From: Antedon mediterranea
Taxonomy: Eukaryota; Animalia; Echinodermata
Direction of reading: 5' to 3'
Assembly: GCF_964355755.1 (NCBI RefSeq)
Contig: NC_092671.1
Location: forward strand, 1,612,001-1,676,000
DNA: 64,000 nucleotides
The notes under the pieces are model-generated. The model was given only the letters and a program-made list of their open reading frames with translations. It ran no database searches and was not told where the DNA came from. Of this stretch, positions 50,911-64,000 are shown piece by piece (position 1 is the first letter of the stretch; the number at the start of each line of letters is the position of its first letter). The translations under genes and the position numbers were made by a program.

Positions 50911-51456
50911 CTAGCCTAGCATTATCACAATGTCCTTTATATCTGTCTCATTATAAATGTAGTTTTTTTACTAGGATTTTAGAGGCAATACTTAGTATGT
51001 GACAAGTTTAATCCCTAACCATCAAGATTTAAAAGCCTTCTAAAGCTTTTTACTTCATAAACATGTTGTACCGTATTAATATTTTTTTACTTGTACTTCA
51101 GAATGTTTCTCTTATTTTGATGTTCATTGCCAAATATAGGTCATAATCAAATCTTTTTAGTTCATATTGAATCATTTAATTTTACATAGTTCATGATATG
51201 CGCAGGAGATACTAAACGGCGATGCTAATTCTCAGAAGCCAATGTGGTTATGAATTATAAAACATTTTTTAGAATATAACAGAATTCTGCACATAACATT
51301 AGAACAACAGAATCATTATTTTGATATTTGACTTCTCATATGAAAATCATCAGTGGTTTTCACAAGTAGTAGTATGCCTACTGTACTAGATTATATAAGC
51401 AATATTTTATGTAAATTGATTCAATTTTAGAAAATTATGAACTTAATCTATTCTTA

Positions 51457-51598
51457 AGCTCTATCTACACTATCAAACGTTATGTGACAAAAAAATGTGA
51501 TGTGCCCATACATGGACATGATGATGTCATACCACTACCATATTTCGGTATATCACTACATATCACACTCAAACTAGTTTTATAGTGTAGACAGAACT
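51457..51598. mobile_element. MITE family A copy
   Basis: Both TIRs and core present. Confidence 0.8.
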
Positions 51599-54500
51599 TA
51601 ACCCCCACACTAAATGATTTTAGGTTTTATAATGCAGTCAGTATTTTCTGAGGAATTTAAAGTGAATTTTAATTATTTTGTCACATAGAAACGAGTTTGA
51701 TCTGGGAGGTGTGACTTGTTGATTAGATTTTGATTGTGTAGCCTTGTTGCCAGATTTGCATCATTTAAATGTCATTTCTATGAATGACTTCTGTTAATAT
51801 TTCTTGCCAGAATGACCATGAACTGATTTTATAAGTTGAATCATTTTAAATACATTTAAACAAATCTGTTTGTCATCTTCAATAATTATACACAGTACAT
51901 GTTGCCTTGTTTGATGACTATAAAGGATATGAACCAAAATGTTGCACCCCATTTTACCGTAGCTAAGAACTGATTTACTTTGTCGAGTTCATTAACTAGC
52001 AACATATAAATATCTTTCTGAACAAGTCTGTATGTTTACAATAAACATTCTCTGTTTTTTAGAGAGAAAAAATAGTTCGTTTAGTTACCGGCGGTTACCA
52101 ATTCCTTTCGTAGAATCACCTCGACATATGCTAAAAGTTTAAAGGGAAACATGTACATATGGGAGTTAATGGTTTGAGAAAAACCAGTGCTATTGTACAT
52201 ACGTTCTGTCAGATTCAATAAGCAATACTGAGTATTTGAATATACAGAAATAAAGTTGGAACAGAAAGTGAATTGGGTAGTGAATAGAGATGGAAACAAA
52301 TACAGCCATACAAAGGAATGTTGAAATAATCGAGTCAAGATACCCTTTTTAATTTGATTTAGAAACTCTAAAATATTGGAGTTTAAAGATATGTTTAATC
52401 TTTATTTAATTACGCTATTTTTAATTATTTTTAATTGATTTACCCTAAATTTGTTCCTTTAATTAATTACTTTACTAATAATGCGAGGATTACAAAATAT
52501 CTCCTTGGAATGAATGTGAAAATGTGTAATGCAAAGATAAACCTATATCAGGTTAATAATAATAATTGTAATGAATTGATTAATGAGACTAAGTGGACAC
52601 AAAACATATAAATATATCCTTGTGGTCAGCAAAGATAACCCTATTTATATAGTCTGATTTTTAATTAAAATTTAATTTAAAATGTACCTTTAATTGGAAG
52701 TTGATTTTAAATCTGATGTCCCTTTAATTGCATATACACCAATAGTTCAAGTTAAGGTCATCTGCAAACCACTACTCCTTCCTGTTAATTAAATTGTAAA
52801 TAGTAGAAATAAAACATGATCACATTCTCCCTCCTCTGATATTTGCATACTAGAAGATATTGATAATCTTGTCTAATATTAATTCTGTTAATCCTTATTG
52901 ATCCGTTTAATCCTCTATCAGGTCATTGGCTTATACTTGCATAAATCTGGAGATTTTTATATCACAGAAAATTCTTCTTAAATCTTTCATGAACATAAAA
53001 GTAAAAAACAACATGACATTATGATTTATTTTTTTGATCCATTTAAATCTGTTTAATCCGCTAATCCCTATTACCTTGTTCCAGTTCATGTATGAACGTT
53101 ATAGTTTTAATATTTAAAAAAATATTCTACAGCATGTTTTTAAAAGTTTTATGTTAATCCCTCAAGTGTCATGTTAATCTATGTAAATTCCTTTTGGATT
53201 ATTAGTATTATAGAAAAGATTAAATCATGTTTAACCAGCTTACCGAAACACGGCCCTCCAACTTTGTAAACTATTTTGCATGATCTCCATGTTGTGTTAA
53301 CGTTTTTGTTGTATAGTTATTTTTTAAAATGTATTGCAAAACCATTTCTTTGCTTGCGTGTAACAGTTTAATTTCATTTAGGAAACAATTAGACTTGCCC
53401 CAAGTCTGTATTTAATTTGTCTTTCTCATTTTAGTCCACCAGTCGTTGTTTCAATTTTTGTCTCGAGCTCAAGTATTATACGTATGAAATCCCATATGTG
53501 CCAAAATATTTATTATTTAGTCAAAACAGTCTAACAATAGTTTAAACTTTATAAAAAATACTGTTTTCTCCTAAGTGTGTTTTAACTATAACTTTCAAAT
53601 TGTATAATACCACTTTAAACATAAGAAGAAATACGTATTTTTTCCATAATCCTAGGGTTTGAAATGCTCTTATTTTTCTGTTAAAAAGTTAAGCACAATG
53701 TTTAGGCATTTTCATAGACTTAGTCACGCCAACAGGTGAATGGATACCATGTATTTGTAGAGATCATGCATACGATCGTAAGAGCACCTTGCTGTATACA
53801 CCAGCGAGATTAAATCGTCATTACAAAATCTTGGATTATATCAACTGTCTTTAAACTGCCATTTTATCTAGGGTTTAACTACCTTGATTTACCTTGTTCT
53901 GTGGAAATTAGTCCGGTTCTTCTATAATAAAGTATTCTTTTAAATATTCTTTTCAGGGTTAATAACCTCCTCTTGCAGAATTTTTTATCATTGTAATTGT
54001 AATGCGATTTAATAGGAATTTGTTTAAATTGTGTTTAACTTTGAAATTTGCGGCAAAATTTAACCTTTTTAATATTTCGATTCAATTTCAATTTACAAAA
54101 ATAACTAGTAGCATTGTGTGCAATTTAATAAACTTCAGCAATATAAAACAAAAGCAGATGTAAAAGTTCAATATTTTGTGGGGATAGGCCTATTTATATG
54201 AAAAAGTACATTGTGGTATAAACAGTGTATCAGTTTAAGATACTATAATATTGCTATTGTTTTGAAAAATACCAAATTCAACTTCATCTGCAGAAATCTA
54301 ATTTGACATTTTCTAATAAATATTGTTTCTATGTAAATTTGACTGACAGACAGTAAGTCACAATGCACTGTCATTTGACCTACTTGTCCCTATATTTATT
54401 TTCATTTAAATGCCTAGCGTCCAGTAGAGTGTCTTATCTAAGATTGGTTTCACTATAATTTTCTATCGCTACAGGCGACGTTCCAACAATTTGTAATTTC

Positions 54501-57500
54501 AGGGCACGTTCCTTGCCCAGGTGTTTTCTGCGTCTGTCTGATTTATGTTTTTCGTCGGTGCTTTAAGCATGTTGTGATTTACGATTAAAACAAAAATTTA
54601 TTTTACTAATGTAGACTTAAAGTATGATTTGTAGATGTGAAAAATACTTAAGTCAACCTAAAAACTATATTTTAAGCGGCTTTCTCTAAGGATATATATT
54701 TTCTTTTCTGGACATCCCGTTTCTAAGAATAATACTTGCTTGTTTTGTTATCATTGCTAAAAACAATTAAATTTATTCCGCTTTATCTTTTATTTAAATT
54801 TCACAAACCTTACAACCTTACACTTATATCAAGTACTACTCATAAGCCTTCTGATTTAGTAAGGTTGACAAATTATGATTGACATTCGGATATTTTTTAT
54901 TATGTATAGGAACATTAATCACAATCACATAATTCCAATAATAAGTAACAATATTTATCTCAAACTACCAGAAACAAAACAACACTGAATTATTTTAAGT
55001 TGCATGTCATAAATATTATTTGTCAGCTGTTTTTAAAGTACAGTAAATGTTTCTTTTAAGATATACTTTTCTAAAGTCCCATTTCAAAACTAGATATTCC
55101 ATTAAGTTTGTAATAAACAAGTATTTGATTGATGGATGAGTATAAGGTAAGTCATGTACTGTTGTGTACATTCCAGTGTGCATGACCTAAAGATGGGTTT
55201 TTAATAATGGGTAAGTTATTGCACACTGGCCTTTGCGGCTTGTACTTTGCTAGTGTTATGACAGGAAAAACAGATAGAGTTCGATAGCTGCAGAGTCAGT
55301 TTTTCCAAAACTGTTACCACTTTGGTAGACAAGGGACCATAAATTGTGATTTTAGACCATGCTTGCATTTTTTGGGATTAAATTATTACCCCAGTAGTTT
55401 TGTAATCTATTAACCAACTGATTGTGGTCAACATTTCAGAATTCTTCTATTTTGACCTCATCCTTTTAATAATGTCACATCACACAGTTTTGGCAAAATC
55501 TAAAAAAAAATCTTTTGAGAAACTTTTTCTCAAAAAGATAACTATCTACACTGTAAGTGTATTAAATAAATGTTTAGGTGTGTTAATTCTTAAACGAAGG
55601 TTTCTCCCAATTAATATGTAGCGCTTCTTTAGTTTTAGCTAATAAGGTGTATTTGCTAAAACCAGAATCGTGAATCCGCTTTCATCAGATTGATGATTTT
55701 GCAAATGTTTGAAAATAAATACAGTAAATGCAAATTTATTTCAAAGTAGATAAGACTAACACTGATATCTGTTCTACCTATGTCATCTTACATATTATAA
55801 CTTAATAAGAATTCTGCACTATTCCAATTAAAGTTTTGTGAATGTGTGACATTAAAAAATCTTTGAAATTATTCAAGAATTTAAATAGGAAGTATTCGGT
55901 TTTAGTATAATTTTAATTTCTTAAAGATATCACGTTTGTTATTTTTACTTCTTAAGTTGTCAATTAGAATAATGAATCCATCCTTGAAATCAGTGTTAAT
56001 AACCAGTGCTTTTTATGTTTAATAAAGGCCGGTATATTCATTTTATCGTCATATCACACACTTTTTAATTCTGATTAGTTTAAAGATGACAACTTTTTCC
56101 TTTCTTAGTTGCTTGTTGCACCCAGTATTTTTTGATCATCCAAACTTTTTATCTTTTTATCACCAAGTCTTTTATTGTCTACAACATTTTATCTTTTGTT
56201 AAAATTATTATTGTAATAATTCTACTGTTTTCTTCAGAATGAAGCGTTGTAATAATAATGTTTTACATCTAGAAAAATGGACGACAAAATCTGTCCAGTC
56301 TAGCCAAAAATGTGAAAATGTGATATATTATGCACCATTGCTATTAAAAAATGGTGTAGAATTATCCATAAAGTTAAATATAGACTGTATAGTTCTGTCT
56401 TGACCACAAAAAGTGGTCTTGGGTTAGAGTAACTCCTCTCTGATTGGTTGCAGGGTGTAATCAAGGGAGTCCTTAATTGGAGGAAGAGCTGTGTCCGATT
56501 TCAGGTGAAGTCATGGTGAATTAAAAATTAGGAATGTTGTCAATTCAACCCCTGTGATTTTTCAGTTTAACTTCTACCAAATGACAGTTTATAAGAATGA
56601 ATCATTCACAAATTGCATGGTGTATTGACTATAGGCATATTTAGTATCCTTGCTGATAAAGTCTTTTTGTAATACTGTATTATCATTTAGGTGTCCCTCC
56701 AAATAAAGACCAGTATTGGTCATTAGTTAGATGCACTATATCCAAAGACTAGATTTTACTGAGATTGGAAGGTTGATGTTTCCAAAGCTCTGTCTACACT
56801 ATCAAACTAGAGTCATCAAACATTTTTTTAAATAAAAAATATGGGATAAATGAAGTCGAGGGATGCACAGAATAACATAAAGTAGTTAAAAATAAAACAA
56901 CTTAATTCTAATGTTGTCCCTAAAATATATTAAAAATTATCAGTAGACTATTCTATTTGATCTATCAGACATTCATTGTCTGCATGTTTGTAAAATGTTT
57001 TTCTTTTCTTAAAGTTGTTCCGGTTTCATCAATCTCTCAACAAGACATTTTCTTAGCTTAATTTGTTGTTTCCTAAATGTCATTAGAAGTCTACCTATTT
57101 AGCTGGGGCTACTTTAATATAACATCTGAATGACCTTTAATGTGGCAAGTGATTCCTGCTGAATGATGTGCGCATATTCTCCATAGTGATAGACATGTTT
57201 ACCTGTTGCTTGTTTTATCCTCCTTTTCAAAATATTGCGGCACAGAAGCTTGGTGTGAAATGTTTGTCCTAAAGTTCTTTTTTCAAGTCTGCTCTGATTC
57301 ATTAACATTCAAAGTAATGCCACTAAATAGGTTTCATGATGCTTTTTTTGTTTTAAATAGGGATAATTGTTAGATGATGCAGTAGATTACCTAAATTAAA
57401 TATTGTATTCAGTCAGACGAACTGATTTCTAATTATTAGACAGCCAGACTGATATTCATTGCTCAATTTAAGCAACCATGTGTGAGTGTTTCATAAGTAT

Positions 57501-58309
57501 GAACCTTAAACACCGTTTTGAAACTGAGAACGCTGTTGTAAAACGAGCATCCTCACTGATCCAATCAAAGTCTATCACCTTGTACATGCAATTCTACCTC
57601 AGGAAGCCTATTTGTACAAGAATACAAGTAATTGGCTAGCAATCAAAATGTAATTGAAAAATTTAATTTCTAACTAGGCTCCCCTGCTGTACTAGCGTTT
57701 TGAATGAGGTATTTGCGGTAGGCAGGTCCTGGTGTGATATCCTTTCTGATGCAACTCATGGCCTGAAGATGCATGACAGAAGCATGTTTGAGGTCAGTTT
57801 ACCAAAGCTGAGAAGCCGCTTCTACACTTACCATAGCCTTTGGTTAATAACGATTGTTCTGATAAGATATAACTATTAGGAGCTGTTATTATCTTTATCA
57901 ACATGCAGTCAAGAACACTTTGATATTTGATAAAGGTGATAAAACATAAATAGGATATATGTAAAGATCAGAAAATAAACTGTATTGATATGAATTTAAA
58001 GTAAAAATACTGCTATAAATTAAAATAACAACATTATAGATTAAGTTATATGATATGATTCTATTACAAATTGGTGTTACTTTTCGTTATTTAACAATAC
58101 TTCATCAAGTGTTTTTTAATATACATTTCTTAAATTACTATTTTTCTTATCTACAGATGGTTTCAATAAAAAACATATATTATTTATTTTTATTTATTTA
58201 ACCATATTATTGATCACAACAATAAACACAATTTATCATCTATATATAATAAGGAAATAATAGTATCAATAATTATCCATTATCATATTGTATTATTATT
58301 TCTTCTTAC

Positions 58310-58413
58310 GCTGTCTGTCTCAAACTAGTTTGACAAAAAAAAGCCTGAATATGGTAGTGATATGACATCATGGGCATCACATTTTTGTCATGTTTGATAG
58401 TGTAGACAGAGCT
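58310..58413. mobile_element. MITE family A copy (internally deleted)
   Basis: Right TIR tttgatagtgtagacagagct intact. Confidence 0.7.
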
Positions 58414-61400
58414 TTAGTCCTAATTACAATTTAACATATAAAACATTTTACAAAGAAACACAGAAAGGAGCTGATTCCATCTGCTGTTCTCCTTTAAATA
58501 TACTAACTTAGTAGCAATTGATTACTTTAAAACAAAATCTATATATCTTTACTCATTTCTATCTTTCAGAAATATACATATGGCAGCAGTGCTGTCTGAA
58601 AACTAATTGCTGGGCTGGTTCTTTCTGTCCTGTATATATGTTGAATAAACGCTCATATTATGGTTACATGTCCATTGAATGGTAACTTCACCATATCTTA
58701 ATCTTTTGATATAGTAATGTTATCCAATGTACATGGCAGCAATGCTGTCTCACACACGGCGTGGTAACTAAGTCACACATGCATGTTAAATATTCTTTAT
58801 ACTAACTCTGAATAGACTTGAGTATACCATGACAGCCCTGGTGGCCTAATGGTAGGCAGGCATCTGCTTTGAAAGCAGGAGCATCCATAGTTAAATGTCA
58901 GCCTCCTTTTCTTGCAAATATTTCAATCTATTCCGTTTATAATTATATCTATTTTAAACATTATTGCTAGATGATTTAGAATTTCTCTCAAGCATTATTA
59001 TAATTTAGTATTTTAAATAAATTTAAATGACATCTTTCCAAAATTATTTCACAGTTTACATATTTTGAACATTTTATATAATTACAAAACTCCTAATTTG
59101 GATCAAAATAATAAGAGATAATGATATAACAAATTCTCTTTCATTGATATATATTTTTTTAATTAATAATGATTTAGAATTTTAATTAATCACCTAACTA
59201 GAATTTCAATTTAATTGTTGTAAAATTGTCTAAAATTTAATAGTATAAAAAACAATTTTAAAGATAGAATCCTAATAAAATGTTTTCAATTTTTATTAAT
59301 AAAAGAAATTAAAGATTTCTGTAATTTTAAGGACCAAATAGTGTACTTTTTTAGAATTATATAATACTGTATATATACTGTATTATATTATATAATATAT
59401 ATCTTTGACTGTAATATATAGATTGTTTTAACTTTAGTGAAATTAACATGTATATCCCAAGAAGATTCTTTTTTTTTTTGTTATTTTTATAATTCAAAGA
59501 CAAAGGTTGGCCTTTCATAAGGTAACATAGTAATGTGTGCCCAGTATCGGTAGTAATTGAATGATTGTATTTTATATTACTATTATATTTAAAACAACTT
59601 ATAGCCAAGTTATATATTATAAATTTGCAAGACATTAAGTTTTTATTTTAAATACATATGCCTACAATACTTGACAAAACAGTAATTATAGTTCGGTAGA
59701 AAGATATTTTTTTATAATATTTATTATGTAAAATTGGACGTATAGAAACATCAGATATTGTATAGATGGGAGAAGTGTATAAAGCAGACAGTGTACAGTT
59801 TAATGTAATTAAATTTTTGTATGGAAAGTGTGCTCATTTGTATTGTGAAATTGAAGGCAGCATTATTCATGTTTCAATGTATCATGCATCTGGGATTGAG
59901 TGGGTGGGGGTTGGTTGATTACAGATGAATGTATCATGCATCTGGGATTGAGTGGGTGGGGGTTTGTTGATTACAGGTGTGAATGGAAAGGGGACCTTTT
60001 TATTTTGTGAATTATACAAAATATACCATTTTATTCACATTTATATCATTAATAGATTATTATACCAAATAATAAAAATTGCTATAAAACAACAGTAAAT
60101 AATAATAATTAATTAATTTCAATATCTGAAAAGAACAACACCAGATAAAGATGTCTTGTATATCATTTCAAGTAACTAAATTGACAGTTTAAGTTCAGCT
60201 GTGAAATAAATTAATTCCAATAAATAAAATAATGGCGATATTCTAAAACATTAAATACTTATACAGTATAACCAATCGTTTGGTGTGGTCCAACCGGGTT
60301 AGTAAATAGCCTAAATGGAGATTATACCAATCCCATTGTTTCCACATATCGGACGACATATTACAGAGGACATTTGCAAAGAGACAAAGATGATTGCAAT
60401 GTGTAATACAAAGTGCTTAAATAAAGGTTTCTCATGACGATATTGGTTTCTGAATTTATTTCATAAAAGTTTTTGTAAAATTGTTAATTTTGCTGTGTAC
60501 TTTTCAGATTTCTTCGTTACCGTCATTTGACGTCGATTATGCAAATTAATCCAATCCATTCATGGTTTCAGTACTGTTTTAGAGTAGGGCCTACGTTGTT
60601 TTTAAACGCTTGAATCAAAAATCAAAGTCTGACGTGGATAATACCCAAGATGATAAATTGTTTCTTATTTCTGTGACTTTTTCATGCCTTTTGTAAAATT
60701 ACTGCAGACTTCGATGCATTTAATGGTTCAATGATTAGCGTTGCAAATGGAAAATTTATATCTAAAAGTGGATGCGTTAAATTTGTAAACCAATGAATTT
60801 GCTGTGTGGCAACTAGAGTTCAAACTCCTCAAAGCGCATGTTGTCTGCTCAACAATTTGTCAGGTTTCCCGCTATGTTTAGTTATTATCGACAAGTATAA
60901 CTGTCAGAGATGCAGGCGTCCTGTAATTTATTTCTAGTTCGTCTTCTTAACATCATCACGTTTACTTACATCGTTCATTTCAATCTCTTCGTTAGAACGT
61001 GTAATTAGCAAAACTAGATTGCCTGCTTTGTTGTGATGCGCCAGATTGTGAAGTGTTCTGGTGTATATTCCTCCATTCCGATGTAAACTCATTGGTATCT
61101 GCCACCTGCTGAGCACTGTGGAGGCAAATTAATTTTAGAATTATTAATCGCGTGCGCTTCTTTCATTTGACGTTGAGTTCACAATCTAACTGGTCACGAC
61201 TTCGGAAGCATTATCCGGATTTCACATTCTTGCTGCGTTTTCTCAAAACATTTCTTAACCTTTCAACGTTCTAATAATTCCTGCCGTGAATGTTCACCCT
61301 GTAGTCTGCTGGAACGCTGGAAGCAGACGGTATTTTGTTCGATAGAATGCATTCGACAATATTTAACTGTACAAAATAGAGGAACAAACGATTCTCTCCG

Positions 61401-61483
61401 TTTCTCCCAACAATTCTGAGAAGAAGCTGAACGACCGGATATAGAAAACGAAGTTGTCAATGATTGTTTGTGAAGAGCTTTAA

Positions 61484-62236
61484 ATGATTTGGATATTTAA
61501 AGAAAAGGGAAGTATTATGTATCTATACATGATTATTTATATGTTGATGGACGTCGTTAATTGCAACCCTTTGGTTCAGGATCTTGGATATCTTTATGAA
61601 TGCGAACCTATACAGATAGACATGTGTAACGAGATGCCGTACAACATGACACATATGCCCAACTTTCTTGGACATGGAAGCCAAACAGAGGCCAGCCTAG
61701 AAATCAGTAGTTATAACTACGAATATTTCAGTGGATGTTCAGAAGATCTTCAGTTATTTATATGTGCTGTGTATACACCAATGTGTAACATGGTGTCTTA
61801 TAAGCCGTTTCCGCCATGTCGTCAGCTCTGTGAAACTGTAAGACAAGGCTGCGAACCTGCTGTTAACTCTAAAGGCTTCGATTGGCCGGAACATCTTGAC
61901 TGCCTCCGTTATCCAAAGTCAGGATTTTGCTTTGATAAAGATAGATCAAGAGATAGAGGAAATGGATTACAACATACTGCACCCCATACAACGCCTGGTT
62001 CATCAACGTCCGAAGAAACGCGAAATATTTGCTCAAAAGTTAAACAAAATAATAAAGTTTTACCTACAACACACGGCGGCCTGGGGTATAGCAATCCCAG
62101 ACAAGACATCGATACAATAACACAATATACCACAGTAGCAACGGTCACTGGAAATAATTCTGGTTATTGTTTGAATAAATCAACATTTACACTCGTACTT
62201 TTAGTGTTTATGAATTATATGTTTATAGAAACTTAA
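61484..62236 (+). CDS. Intronless Frizzled cysteine-rich-domain (CRD)-only protein with signal peptide, S/T-rich stalk and C-terminal hydrophobic (GPI-like) tail; alternative start at 61517
   Basis: All 10 Fz-CRD cysteines are present (61601-61930: CEPI..C..YNMTHMPN.LGH..Q..C...LFICAVYTPMC..PPCRQLC...RQGCEP...GFDWPEHLDC..P...C). No 7TM or NTR domain. Confidence 0.92.
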   Translation: MIWIFKEKGSIMYLYMIIYMLMDVVNCNPLVQDLGYLYECEPIQIDMCNEMPYNMTHMPNFLGHGSQTEASLEISSYNYEYFSGCSEDLQLFICAVYTPMCNMVSYKPFPPCRQLCETVRQGCEPAVNSKGFDWPEHLDCLRYPKSGFCFDKDRSRDRGNGLQHTAPHTTPGSSTSEETRNICSKVKQNNKVLPTTHGGLGYSNPRQDIDTITQYTTVATVTGNNSGYCLNKSTFTLVLLVFMNYMFIET

Positions 62237-63074
62237 TTATCACAAGTTTAGCAGCAAGTTACCGTATCTTTCTACCCCTTTGTAATCAATGTATGCTATT
62301 TTGTAGAGTTTTGAGTCAAAAAAGTAAAAAATTGTTTGTTAAAACTCTCGAATCTGGAAATGTTCTTAAGATGAATATTTGGCTACTTTTCTAATGTTGA
62401 AGCATATGACATTTTTAACGTTGGGAGAATGAATTACAAAAGCGGCGAAATGTTTTATTTTGTGTTAATATTTATAAACTTTTCAATACTTTGTACAGAT
62501 GCATTTCTAATCAAACAAAGTGTTGATTATGCTACGGACAAACGTATTACCCATCTTGCTAATGCAGTAGTAAGGGCGCAATAGAGTGGACGTTTCCATA
62601 GAACCGCATGCCATTGTTGACTATTTTTATTAAATATATTTTAAATATACTTGTTAACTGATGAAAACATTATCATTTTTTATTATTTATTATATTAAAA
62701 TTATATTATTATATGAGTGTAAACATCTTGGTGTCAAAAAAGAACGCTGAAAATATTGTTTTTACATTTTTTTAACATTAAATTATTGTTCCAATGTTTG
62801 ATTTAATTTCCTTTTTGCCTATAGATGGCGCTGTGTTATATAAATCATGTAATTTACACTCTGATAAATAGGTTCCATTGCTATACCATTTCACTATATT
62901 TTGCTGAACTAAAATAATCATGGTACTGGTTCCAGTAAACGTCTTAATAGAGACATGTGGTAGACATTGACATAAATTTGGCATTTAGATCAATGCTACT
63001 TTTAAGTGTACACCTTTTTTTATACCGTTCTTAATTTTAGCAAAAAGTCTGCTTTTGTAGTTTGTTACTTTGAA

Positions 63075-63298
63075 TTATGGCGCGTAAACTCTACGGTAGT
63101 GGCGCTTTCGATTTGCGACATAATGTGACGCATTGTCGTCGTCATCTTCGTCATCGATTCCTTGAATCGTTTTTTGTCGGATTCTGGTCCAGACGAACAT
63201 GACGTAACCAGTTGTCAAATCGAAACCTCCCAGTGACGCTGGACAAAAGTACGTTAAATCGAATAATTCATCGTCTGCGCACGATAACAAATATTGAA
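63075..63298 (-). CDS. Probable terminal coding exon of a gene extending past the window end (..QYLLSCADDELFDLTYFCPASLGGFDLTTGYVMFVWTRIRQKTIQGIDDEDDDD..VYAP*)
   Basis: ctaattttag acceptor at 63299-63300, GC-richer protein-like open frame ending in TAA; upstream exons not identified. Confidence 0.65.
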
Positions 63299-64000
63299 CT
63301 AAAATTAGTTATGACTTTGTGGATTTACCAACTTACTGAATAAGGTCAATTCAACAAATAAGATTGCATTTTATTACAATCCTAATGACAATTGGTACTA
63401 CTATTGTGCAAGATTAAACAGTAACCCTGCTTGTGTTTTTTTTTCTTTTATGCAAAATATAAATAGGCCTAAATCCTTTATTGTGACACTGGCGTACGCC
63501 TCTGGTATGTAAATAATTCTAGCGGCGTTTTAAACACTGTTGAGCACTATATCCCGCGAGTGGATAAATATTGGTCCAACAATACGTAGCTCATTAGTCC
63601 TTATTGTATCACTCGGAGTAATCGGGTAGTTAAAAGCAGAAGTGACCTTCACATAATGGTTCAAATCTATCATTTGTGTTGATTGAAACATTTCTAGATG
63701 TGATTATCTGTTAATAGGACCACTTAACTCATAATAGAATGTTAAACACTTATTAAAGAGTGCCGACATGTATAGTAGTAGTAATGCTCATTAGTCTAAA
63801 ATAAATAGTTCCGGAAGATGACTTTTGATCAATCACCCTCGTTATTATATTTATCATTCTTCTAATCCTTATTATGCATAACTTCGACTTCATAATAATT
63901 TAAAAAATTTTAAAATAAAATCTCAACTATTTTATAGTAATCGTACGAAATGTGAACGCACGCGTCTACTCGTTGTAATATGGATTCGCGTATACTTTAA

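Noticed and set aside
58831-58905. tRNA-like sequence (A box TGGCCTAATGG, CTGCT-TTGAA-AGCAG stem)
   Set aside because: B box and acceptor stem are degenerate; at most a SINE-head or tRNA pseudogene remnant
61896-62148. Overlapping ORFs or a frameshifted 7TM continuation of the Frizzled gene
   Set aside because: Alternative frames and downstream sequence show no Frizzled TM motifs or KTxxxW; the overlapping ORFs are shadow frames

Overview
AT-rich, intron-rich animal genomic DNA (a marine invertebrate, possibly an echinoderm, inferred from composition and a Deu/Nin-type SINE). Most ORF-track entries are spurious, so genes were rebuilt by hand from splice sites. (1) A 14-coding-exon PFTAIRE cyclin-dependent kinase (CDK14/15 family, ~479 aa) on + at 11518-50110. 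(2) A head-to-head 5-exon gene on - at 7605-10098 encoding an unknown ~297-aa protein with 9-aa tandem repeats. (3) An intronless Frizzled-CRD-only gene on + at 61484-62236 with a signal peptide and a GPI-like tail. It sits where vertebrates have FZD1 (after CDK14) and FZD7 (after CDK15). (4) The last exon of a - strand gene at 63075-63298. Non-coding DNA holds tRNA-SINEs, a Helentron-type element, several MITE families and minisatellites. It also holds many apparent DNA-transposon excision scars: 17+17-nt P-element-like footprints with 7-bp TSDs, TA>TACAGTA/TACTGTA Tc1-like footprints, and an enriched TAGGCCTA motif. All coordinates and counts were read by eye.
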